A DNA stretch of 64,000 nt, from the NCBI GenBank assembly GCA_035995165.1, contig DASYKU010000027.1, positions 37,733 through 101,732 on the forward strand, read 5' to 3'. The position numbers and the translations under genes are program-made. The DNA is from Mycobacteriales bacterium. Its GTDB lineage: Bacteria; Actinomycetota; Actinomycetes; Mycobacteriales; CADCTP01. Positions 10,901 to 17,752 of this stretch are shown piece after piece; the first letter of the stretch is position 1, and every line of letters starts with the position of its first letter. The notes under the pieces were generated by a model that was not told the DNA's origin, searched no databases, and saw nothing but the letters and a program-made list of their open reading frames with translations.

Positions 10901-13765
10901 CTGCGGGCCGCGGTCCGGGAGCTGGCCGACTCGGTGACCGTGATCCCCGGGCTGACGCTGCCGGCCGGCTGGAGCCCGTTCACCGGCACCGCGCTCGGCG
11001 CCCGGATCGCCTCCGTACGCGGGCTCGGCGCCGCCGTGGATCCGGCCGCCGGGCCGCGGGCGGCCGCGTTCCGCTCGCTCGCCGGCCTCGACGCCGCCCC
11101 GGTACGGGAGGCCGCGACCGCCGCGGCCGAGCTGGTCGCCGCCACCGGAACCACCACGCTGGCCGGCTGGGCCGGCCCGGCCGGGCTGTCCGCGACCTGG
11201 CGGGCCACCGGCGCCGACCGCGCCCTGGCCGACCCGCAGCTCGGCTCGCTGCGGCGCCGGCTGGAGCTGCTGCGGCACCTGGAGCCGCTGCGGGCCGACC
11301 ACCTCGACGAGGCCCGCACGGCCGTCCTGGACGGCACGCTCGACCCGGACGACGCCCGGACCGCGTACGAGGCCGGGCTGGCCCGCTCCGCCGTGGCCGA
11401 GCGACTGCACAGCACCGGGCTGAGCGGCTTCGACCGGACCGCGCAGGAGCGGTCGATCGCCCGGTTCACCGACGCCTCCCGGGCCGTCCGGGAGCTGCTC
11501 GTCTCGCTGCTGCCGCAGCGGGTGCTGGCCGGTCGCGGCTTCGACCCGCGCGCCACCGGCGGCCGGGTCGGGGAGCTGACCCGGCAGCTGGCCCGCCAGC
11601 GCGGCGGGCTCAAGGTCCGCGCGCTGATGTCCGAGTACGGCGACGTGATCACGGCCGCGCTGCCGTGCGTGCTGGTGAGCCCGGAGTCGCTGGCCCGGTT
11701 CTTCCCGGCCACGACCCGGCTCTTCGACATCGTCGTGTTCGACGAGGCGTCCCAGATCCGGGTCGCGGACGCGATCGGCGCGATGGGCCGGGCCCGGTCG
11801 GTGGTCGTCGTCGGCGACAGCAAGCAGCTGCCGCCGACCTCGGTCGCGGAGAGCGGGCTCGCGGACGAGGACGCCGACGAGCACGTCGTGGACGACGAGG
11901 AGTCGATCCTCACCGAGTGCGTCCAGGCACGGGTCGAGCGGCACCGGCTGCTCTGGCACTACCGCAGCCAGGACGAGGCGCTGATCGCGTTCAGCAACGT
12001 CCACTACTACGACGGGGCGCTGTCCACGTTCCCGGCCCCGCACCGGCCGGGCACCGGGGTGTCGCTGGTCCGGGTCGACGGGCACTTCCTCCGTACGGGG
12101 TCGCGGACGACGTTGCGGACCAACCCGGTGGAGGCGGCGGCGGTGGTCGCCGAGATCGCCCGCCGGTTCGCCGCGTCGCCGGACCGGTCGCCGTCGATCG
12201 GGGTGGTGACGTTCAACGCCCAGCAGCGGGCGTACATCGAGGGCCTGCTGCGGGACGCCGGCGATCCGCGGCTGGTCGAGGCGCTGGAGGACACCGACGG
12301 CCTGTTCGTGAAGAACCTCGAGAACGTCCAGGGCGACGAGCGGGACGTGGTGCTGTTCTCCACCGCCTTCAGCGCGGCCGGGAACGGCGTGCTGCCGTTG
12401 AACTTCGGCCCGCTCAACCGGGCCGGCGGCGAGCGGCGGCTGAACGTCGCGGTGACCCGGGCCCGGCGGCAGGTGATCGTCTTCTCCAGCTTCGACCCGG
12501 GGCAGCTGCGGACCGAGCAGACCGCGTCGGTCGGGCTGCGGCACCTGCGGACGTACCTGGAGATGGCCTCGCGCGGCGCGGTGGTGCTGCCGGCGAACCT
12601 GCGCCGGCCGCGGGAGCCGGACCGGCACCGCGACGAGCTCGCGGCCCGGCTGCGCGGCCGCGGGCTGGACGTCCGGACCGACGTCGGGCTGTCGGACTTC
12701 GCCCTCGATGCGGTCCTCGGCGACGTGGCGGTGCTGCTGGACGGCCGGGCCTGGATGCGGCGGCTGACCGCGCGGGACCGGGACACGCTGCCGCGCGAGG
12801 TGCTCGGTGAGGTGCTCGGCTGGCGGGCGGTCGAGCGCGTCTGGCTCCCGGACTGGCTCGCTGACCCCGACGCGGTCCTGGACCGCCTGCAGGCGGTCCA
12901 GGCGGCCGGGACCGTACGGGCGCCCGACCCGGCGCCGGTGCCGGCCCGCGCGGCGGCTCCCGGGCCGAGCACGGAGACCGCGGCCCCGGACCCAGCTCCG
13001 GACGCGGCTCCGGACCCAGTTCCGGACGCGGCTCCGGACCCAGCTCCGGACGCGGCTCCGGACCCAGCTCCGGACCCAGCTCCGGACGCGGCTCCGGACC
13101 CAGCTCCGGATCCAGCTCCGGACCCGGCTCCGGACCCAGCTTCGGATTCCGCGTCAGCGGAGGACGAGCTGCGCGGGACGGCGGAACCGCGCAACGGGCG
13201 TACGGACGGCACGGAGTTCGTCCCGTGGACCGTCCGTCCGGCCGGGACGGTCGACGTCCTCGACGCGCTGCCGCAACGCCGCGCCACGGCCCGGGTGGCC
13301 GGCCTGCTGGCCGACATCGTCACCGCCGAAGGACCCGTGCACGCCGACCGGCTGGCCCGCCTCGCCGCGAACGCCCTCGGTCTCGACCGGGTCTACGAGG
13401 CCCGCCGGGACGCCATCCTGCGTTGTCTCCCGGCCAGCGCCCGGTTCGACGACCTCGAGCCGGTGGTCTGGCCGGCGGACCTGGACCCCGCGGCCTGGAC
13501 CGGCTTCCGCCGTACGCCCGCCGGCGTCGAGCGCCCGCTCGCCCACGTCCCGCTGCGCGAGATCCTCAACGCGATGGCCGCGCAGACCGCCGCGGCCGCC
13601 GGCATGTCCCGGACCGAGCTGCACCGCGCGACGCTGGCCGGCTTCGGCGGCCGCCGGCTCACCCCGGGCCTGGCCGAGCGGCTGGACACCGCGGTCGAGC
13701 TGGGCCTGCGCACCGGCCGGCTGACCGACCGGGACGGCACGATCCGGCCGGCCGCTCAGCCGTAG
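7943..13765 (+). CDS. 1,940-aa multidomain protein: transglutaminase-like N-terminus, DUF4011, Upf1-like SF1 helicase, REase-like domain and DUF3320-like C-terminus
   Basis: One uninterrupted ORF. GTC218LD...GIRP...GH244AFLGWW...LVE280TT is a Cys-His-acid pattern. RWKNALLDLSLRNRLLNF (aa ~361) is DUF4011-like. Walker A GPPGTGKSQT is at nt 9929-9958 and Walker B DEAS at nt 11741-11752. VVVVGDSKQLPPT and RLNVAVTRARRQVIVFSS are helicase motifs. DVRTDVGLSDFALDAV...LGWRAVERVW (nt ~12640-12890) looks REase-like. A PDPA/PDAA repeat linker precedes a C-terminal DUF3320-like region. Confidence 0.85.
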   Translation: MPGITIDATPVLSYAMAHVGIPAVSRLAIDGVEADVRAARLLLSVRDATGPLGAPQEVLLDLVAGEPAVLTDLRLLLDPAAMLQVEEQRPGAVRAALEVGGVVVAEATAPTRVLAAQQWLASPPALALELLAAYVMPNHPAVHGFMAEVADRLHRTTGSASIQGYQAGPERVDEIVGAVFAAMRARRIRYAEPPASWADDGQKVRTPAEVLDDGVGTCLDTVVTMAAVLEQAGIRPLLWIAAGHAFLGWWREESSLGTIAELDPMAAVNQVDLGRIGLVETTTLTGSEATRPPVAATAVAVVDVHEARLNGIVPLPARTRDADGTVRVSVYTAPASVVTAPPPTPAAGAPARPAEPARVARWKNALLDLSLRNRLLNFTARSALSVTVPDGGIAALEDLLHSGRSLVLRPSDELSEVDRERGVRHGRELPADRLVELLTGRQTVHVDVPAAAYQTRLRALAYKARTIVEETGANNLYLALGTLVWELDGRPLRSPLVLVPVRLKAAGRGGHYRLSLDDTGSSTPNYCLLEKLRQVHDLALPELADPALDGAGIDVDAAFDAVRRTLAERGIPYRIETTADLAVLQFAKFRLWKDLDEHWPAFAANPLVDHLIRTPMDAFADPVRSDPVPDLDGLGEACPIPADGSQLRAIADAVAGRTFVLEGPPGTGKSQTITNLLVRAVAEGRRVLFVAEKRAALDVVQRRLDAVGMGPLSLDLHDKGSKPTAVREQIARGLDHVVAADVQGHEVATARLRSARQALTRYQYQLHDRNSAGLSLYEAHEAELAYGDEVRAMPVPESLLTASAPGTVDRVRQLFSTLSEVAYPARPGPRHPWGFLDRPAGVDVEATARAARRLDAALGGLPADLAPALADHRDLAALAGLLAAGLPLTVLDESRTPRWAAATDDAVRRAAEFAGRAHPGLDVVTPAVLDLPVEEIDAAARTAAASGFVGRRRRLTAVRDRLAPVLRPNATVKPKRLPDLTGQLVALRAAVRELADSVTVIPGLTLPAGWSPFTGTALGARIASVRGLGAAVDPAAGPRAAAFRSLAGLDAAPVREAATAAAELVAATGTTTLAGWAGPAGLSATWRATGADRALADPQLGSLRRRLELLRHLEPLRADHLDEARTAVLDGTLDPDDARTAYEAGLARSAVAERLHSTGLSGFDRTAQERSIARFTDASRAVRELLVSLLPQRVLAGRGFDPRATGGRVGELTRQLARQRGGLKVRALMSEYGDVITAALPCVLVSPESLARFFPATTRLFDIVVFDEASQIRVADAIGAMGRARSVVVVGDSKQLPPTSVAESGLADEDADEHVVDDEESILTECVQARVERHRLLWHYRSQDEALIAFSNVHYYDGALSTFPAPHRPGTGVSLVRVDGHFLRTGSRTTLRTNPVEAAAVVAEIARRFAASPDRSPSIGVVTFNAQQRAYIEGLLRDAGDPRLVEALEDTDGLFVKNLENVQGDERDVVLFSTAFSAAGNGVLPLNFGPLNRAGGERRLNVAVTRARRQVIVFSSFDPGQLRTEQTASVGLRHLRTYLEMASRGAVVLPANLRRPREPDRHRDELAARLRGRGLDVRTDVGLSDFALDAVLGDVAVLLDGRAWMRRLTARDRDTLPREVLGEVLGWRAVERVWLPDWLADPDAVLDRLQAVQAAGTVRAPDPAPVPARAAAPGPSTETAAPDPAPDAAPDPVPDAAPDPAPDAAPDPAPDPAPDAAPDPAPDPAPDPAPDPASDSASAEDELRGTAEPRNGRTDGTEFVPWTVRPAGTVDVLDALPQRRATARVAGLLADIVTAEGPVHADRLARLAANALGLDRVYEARRDAILRCLPASARFDDLEPVVWPADLDPAAWTGFRRTPAGVERPLAHVPLREILNAMAAQTAAAAGMSRTELHRATLAGFGGRRLTPGLAERLDTAVELGLRTGRLTDRDGTIRPAAQP
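12986..13141 (+). repeat. 13 tandem copies of a 12-nt unit (ccggacccagct / ccggacgcggct), in frame, encoding (PDPA/PDAA)n
   Basis: Counted directly. Units start at 12986, 12998, 13010 ... 13130, and a degenerate 14th copy follows. Confidence 0.95.
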
Positions 13766-14493
13766 GCGTCGAGCCCGAGCTTCACCGCGACGCCCAGCCC
13801 GCAGACGGCGATGAAGACCCGCAGCGGACCGTCCGGCAGCCGGCGGACCACGGCCGGGCCGATCCAGCCGCCGGTGAAGAAGCCCAGCGCCAGCGGCACC
13901 ACCGCGGTCCAGTGCACCGGCCCGAACAGCGCGAACGTCAGCGCCGCGACCGCGTTGGCGGCCGAGGAGATCACGTTCTTCATCGCGATCGACCGGGCCA
14001 GCGGCTGGTCCAGCAGCGCGGTCAGCACGGCCAGCACCAGCACTCCCCCGGCCGCGCCGAAGTAGCCGGTGTAGACGGCCACCGCGAGGAGGCCGAAGCG
14101 CAGCAGCCGGCTGTGCTCCCGGCCGGCCTCCGGCTGCGGCCGGGGCCGGCGCAGCAGCACCAGCGAGGCGCCGGCGATCAGCCAGGGCACGGCCGCCTCG
14201 AACGCCGACTCCGGCGTGAGCAGCAGCAGCACCGCGCCGATCGCGCCGCCGGCCGCGTTGAGCAGCCCGAACCGCACCAGCCGGGCCCGCTGTCCGGACA
14301 GCTCCGGCCGGGAGCCGGCCGCGGCGCCGAAGCCGACGAACACCAGCGCGGTCGTGTTGGTGACGTTCGCGGCCAGCGGACCCAGTCCGAGCGCCAGCAG
14401 GGCCGGGTACGAGACGAGCGAGGCCAGGCTGGCGACCACGCTCACGACCCCCGCGAGGACCCCCGCCGCGTACAGCCAGAGCACGTCGGACAC
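13756..14493 (-). CDS. TauE/SafE-family sulfite/anion exporter, 245 aa
   Basis: GTG at 14491-14493 gives VSDVLWLYAAGVLAGVVS... The protein is polytopic and hydrophobic with the duplicated TauE-type pattern (VSYPALLALG, YTGYFGAAGGVL). The ORF-track start at 14655 adds a basic, non-membrane leader and was rejected. Confidence 0.8.
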   Translation of the reverse strand: MSDVLWLYAAGVLAGVVSVVASLASLVSYPALLALGLGPLAANVTNTTALVFVGFGAAAGSRPELSGQRARLVRFGLLNAAGGAIGAVLLLLTPESAFEAAVPWLIAGASLVLLRRPRPQPEAGREHSRLLRFGLLAVAVYTGYFGAAGGVLVLAVLTALLDQPLARSIAMKNVISSAANAVAALTFALFGPVHWTAVVPLALGFFTGGWIGPAVVRRLPDGPLRVFIAVCGLGVAVKLGLDAYG

Positions 14494-14636
14494 GGGCTCC
14501 AGTCTCGACGGTGGCCGATCCGGTCTCGTTCCCGGGACGTTTACGTGCCGTCTCTGTCCGGATGGCCGTTTCCGCCGTACGCTCCGAATTCTCAGGCCCA
14601 AATGCTTCGGGTCGTACCGACGAACGGAGTAAGGCC

Positions 14637-15293
14637 ATGTCGAAAATCCGTGCACTTCTCGCTCTGCTCGCCGCCGTGCTCGGAATGGCCGTGCTGATGG
14701 CGCCGTCGGCGCAAGCCGCCACCGTCAGCACGACGCTCCGGGCCGGGGCCTCCGGGCTGCCGGTCGCGACCGAGGTCCGCACCGGCTACACCCGGGCGAT
14801 GTTCCACCTCTGGATCGACGCCGACGGCGACGGCTGCGATACCCGCAACGAGGTGCTCATCGCCGAGGCGACGACCCAGCCGGCGATCGGCGCCGGCTGC
14901 AAGCTCACCGGCGGCCGCTGGCACTCCTACTACGACAACGTCGACTGGACGCTCAGCTCGGATCTGGACATCGACCACCTCGTACCGCTGGCCGAGGCCT
15001 GGGACTCCGGTGCCCGCAACTGGACCGCGACCCAGCGGGAGACGTACGCGAACGACCTCGGCGACGCCCGGGACCTCGTCGCGGTGACCGACAACGTCAA
15101 CCAGTCCAAGGGCGACCGGGACCCGGCCGAGTGGATGCCGTCGGCCACGTCGGCGACCTGCCGGTACGTCGCGGAGTGGGTCGCGGTGAAGATCCGCTGG
15201 CGGCTCACCGTGGACAGCGCCGAGAAGTCCGCGCTCACCGGCTTCGCCGCCGGCTGCACGAACGTCACCATCACCGTCACCCAGGCGATCTAG
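14637..15293 (+). CDS. secreted HNH/DUF1524-family nuclease, 218 aa
   Basis: ATG at 14637 follows GGAGTAAGG. The signal peptide is MSKIRALLALLAAVLGMAVLMAPSAQA. DCDTRNEVL...DIDHLVPLAEAW...DNVNQSKGDRDPAEW is the GmrSD C-terminal/DUF1524 HNH-type motif. Confidence 0.75.
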   Translation: MSKIRALLALLAAVLGMAVLMAPSAQAATVSTTLRAGASGLPVATEVRTGYTRAMFHLWIDADGDGCDTRNEVLIAEATTQPAIGAGCKLTGGRWHSYYDNVDWTLSSDLDIDHLVPLAEAWDSGARNWTATQRETYANDLGDARDLVAVTDNVNQSKGDRDPAEWMPSATSATCRYVAEWVAVKIRWRLTVDSAEKSALTGFAAGCTNVTITVTQAI

Positions 15294-15300
15294 GACACGC

Positions 15301-15471
15301 CTCCGGCGGCGAGCCCAAGACGTGGCCCGCCGCCGGAAGGGGTCCCGGCGGCGGGCCCAGGGGAGACCCGCCGCCGGAACGGTGGAGCTCCGGCGGCGGG
15401 CCCCAGGGGAGGCCCGCCGCCGGAACGGTGAGGTCCGGCGGCGGGCCACGGGGGACGGCCCACCGCCGGAC
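15301..15471. repeat. tandem array of GC-rich hairpins (three complete copies plus two half copies, ~44-nt period) between convergent genes; probable bidirectional terminators
   Basis: Perfect stems: 15324-15336/15345-15357 (13 bp), 15367-15378/15389-15400 (12 bp) and 15411-15424/15434-15447 (14 bp). All are built from gcccgccgccgga / tccggcggcgggc. Half copies lie at 15301-15315 and 15458-15471. Confidence 0.85.
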
Positions 15472-15487
15472 GTGAGCGAGGCGCGCC

Positions 15488-15991
15488 TCAGCGCACCAGC
15501 GGCCAGAGCCGCAGGATCACCCGCCCGCTGACCGCCGACACCGGCACCGAGCCGAAGATCCGCGAGTCGATCGACCCGTCCCGGGAGTCGCCGAGCACGA
15601 AGACGTCCCCGGCCGGCACGGTGACCGGTCCGAAGTAGACACCGTCGATCCGGGTGTGGTCGACGTACGGCTCGTCCGCCTCGACGCCGTCCACATAGAG
15701 GTAGGCGTCCCGGATCTCGACCTTCTGTCCGCCGGTGGCGACGACCCGCTTCACCACCAGGCTGTCGTCCTGCGGGTCGTGCAGGACCAGCAGCTGCCCG
15801 GCCGCGGGCGAGACGTGCCGCTGTATCAGCACGACGTCCCCGGACCGCAGCGTCGGCGCCATGCTGTCGCCGTCCACCCGCAGCGGCTCGGCGACGAAGA
15901 GCCTTACCAGCACGAGGACGAGGACGGCCACGGCGAGCAGAGCGGCCCGGGTCCGGACCGCCCTGCGCCCCCGCGCCGGAGCGACGGTCAA
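15488..15991 (-). CDS. lepB: signal peptidase I (S26), 167 aa
   Basis: Contains GDSMAPTL (Ser box), VKRVVATGG (Lys box) and LGDSRDGSIDSR, with one N-terminal TM helix. The proposed TTG start overlaps the multicopper oxidase stop (cTTGAc, 15988-15991); the exact start is uncertain. Confidence 0.75.
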   Translation of the reverse strand: MTVAPARGRRAVRTRAALLAVAVLVLVLVRLFVAEPLRVDGDSMAPTLRSGDVVLIQRHVSPAAGQLLVLHDPQDDSLVVKRVVATGGQKVEIRDAYLYVDGVEADEPYVDHTRIDGVYFGPVTVPAGDVFVLGDSRDGSIDSRIFGSVPVSAVSGRVILRLWPLVR

Positions 15992-17601
15992 GGGGTGTCC
16001 GGTCGGGCCGGGTCGGCGTTGATCGGGTCGTTCGGGTCGGGGCTCTGCAACCCGACCGAGAACTGCTGCATCATGTCGTGGTCCTCGTGGGGCAGGTTGT
16101 GGCAGTGCATCATGTACTTCCCGCGCTGGTGCTCGAAGCGCATGAGCACCTTCACGGTCTCGTTCTCGCCGATGTAGACGACGTCCTTCGGCCCCTTCTC
16201 GTAGTCGTACGGGGCGATGGGGTTGTTGCTGCCGAGCTTCCGGCTGAGGATCTGGAAGTCGACCAGGTGGATGTGGACCGGGTGGAACCAGCCACCGCTG
16301 CGATTCTCGATCTCCCAGATCTCCACGTCGTCCACCGCGGGGTTGGCCACCACCAGGTCGAAGCCGCTGTCGATGACGTCGTGCCAGGTCTTGCCGCTGA
16401 TCGACCACTCCCCGGCCGACGTCCGCTCGACCGCCATCTTGCGGGTGCGCACGGCGTTCGCGGCCGTCAGCGACATGACCGGCGACGAGGCCAGCGTGGT
16501 CGGGATCGTGTTGTTGGTGGAGTCGAACGGGCCGTCCACGACGTCGAACGCCATGATCTTGCCGGTGTCGTCGTAGTCGATGTTGTTCTTGTTCGACAGG
16601 TTCTTCAGCTCCACCCGCTTGCCGACGGGGTAGCGGGAGAAGTCGATGAGGATCTCGTACCGCTCGGCGTTGCCGTGCCGGTAGGAGGTGACCGTCTTCG
16701 CCACCGGCATCAGGCCGCCGTCGGTGGCCACCACCGTCATCGGGTCGCCCGAGCCCAGCTGCGGCTTGTACGACCGGGAGATCGAGGCGTTGAGGACGCG
16801 GAACCGGTAGACCCGCCGCTTCACCTGCATCACCGGCCACGGCCGGCCGTTGACCAGGACGATGTCGCCCCAGAGCCCGGACTCGGTGTGGTCGTCGTAG
16901 GAGAGCGTGCCGTTCTCGGCGAACATCGCGTCGGTGATGGTGATCGGCACGTCGAACTCGCCCTGCGGCAGCAGCGCCCGCTCCACCGGGTCGTGCAGGT
17001 GGTACTGCGCGGCCAGGCCGCCGTACGCGTTCTGCGCGGTGAAGTGCACGCCGTGGTCGTGGTACCAGAGCGTCCGGGCCGGCTGGAAGTTCGGGTACCG
17101 GTAGTCCTTGACGTATCCCGGCGCGGTGACGTCGCTGGCGTACCCGTCGTACTGGGGCAGCGAGGCCGAGCCGTGCAGGTGCGTCGAGGTGTCGAACGGG
17201 TGCCCGAACGCCGGGTGCAGCGCCGGCAGCTGGTTGCGCACCTTGAGCACCGCGCGGGTGCCCTGCTCCAGGCTGATCGTCGGGCCCGGCACCGAGCCGT
17301 TGTAGCCCCAGACCGGGGTGGTGAGTCCCGGCACGATCTGCGCGGTGCTCTGGCTCTCGGTCACCGTGTAGAAGTTCGTGGTGATGCCGTCACCGTCCAC
17401 AGTGGACGAGGACGGCTGCAGCACCGGCGGCCGCTGGAACGTGGCCTGGTACGGCTTGGGGAAGTTGGCCGACTTCAGCCGGCTGGCCTGCTTGCCGGCC
17501 GCGGCGCGGCCGAGCGGGACGCTGAGCGCCCCGACCCCGACGGCTCCGACGGCTCCGATCTTGAGGAGTCGTCGCCGGGAGTACTGGGTCGTGTCGAACA
17601 C
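15988..17601 (-). CDS. Tat-secreted three-domain multicopper oxidase, 537 aa
   Basis: GTG at 17599-17601 follows GGAGGA. The twin-arginine signal is QYSRRRLLKIGAVGAVG. Copper motifs HLHG, WYHDH, HPVHIHL and HCHNLPHEDHDMM are present. Confidence 0.85.
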   Translation of the reverse strand: MFDTTQYSRRRLLKIGAVGAVGVGALSVPLGRAAAGKQASRLKSANFPKPYQATFQRPPVLQPSSSTVDGDGITTNFYTVTESQSTAQIVPGLTTPVWGYNGSVPGPTISLEQGTRAVLKVRNQLPALHPAFGHPFDTSTHLHGSASLPQYDGYASDVTAPGYVKDYRYPNFQPARTLWYHDHGVHFTAQNAYGGLAAQYHLHDPVERALLPQGEFDVPITITDAMFAENGTLSYDDHTESGLWGDIVLVNGRPWPVMQVKRRVYRFRVLNASISRSYKPQLGSGDPMTVVATDGGLMPVAKTVTSYRHGNAERYEILIDFSRYPVGKRVELKNLSNKNNIDYDDTGKIMAFDVVDGPFDSTNNTIPTTLASSPVMSLTAANAVRTRKMAVERTSAGEWSISGKTWHDVIDSGFDLVVANPAVDDVEIWEIENRSGGWFHPVHIHLVDFQILSRKLGSNNPIAPYDYEKGPKDVVYIGENETVKVLMRFEHQRGKYMMHCHNLPHEDHDMMQQFSVGLQSPDPNDPINADPARPDTP

Positions 17602-17698
17602 TGTGTTCCTCCGCGTGGGGTAGGAGGTGGGCAGGACGCGGGTTCCGGGTGAGGGCCGGATCCCGTTGGCGGGCCCGTGGGGAGCCCGAGTGTGGGAA

Positions 17699-17736
17699 CC
17701 CGCCCCCACAGGCCCGGGAAGGCCTGTGGGGGCGGG
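17699..17736 (-). terminator. GC-rich hairpin just downstream of the giant secreted-protein gene
   Basis: The stem cccgcccccacaggcc / ggcctgtgggggcggg is 16 bp with a 6-nt loop, 17 nt after the stop at 17753. No clear U-tract follows. Confidence 0.5.
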
Positions 17737-17752
17737 GTACTGCTGAGGGGAC

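Noticed and set aside
12986-13141. Possible non-coding satellite or CRISPR-like repeat.
   Set aside because: The 12-nt units lie in frame inside a long ORF and encode a Pro/Asp/Ala linker.
15301-15471. Possible CRISPR array, because of the regularly spaced repeats.
   Set aside because: The repeat unit is itself a hairpin, and the 'spacers' are just 8-10-nt loops and short linkers. There are only three units, no unique spacers and no cas genes.
17602-17752. Treating the giant gene, the oxidase and the peptidase as one proven operon.
   Set aside because: A 16-bp-stem hairpin sits in this 151-bp gap, so co-transcription is uncertain. I kept it only as a hypothesis.
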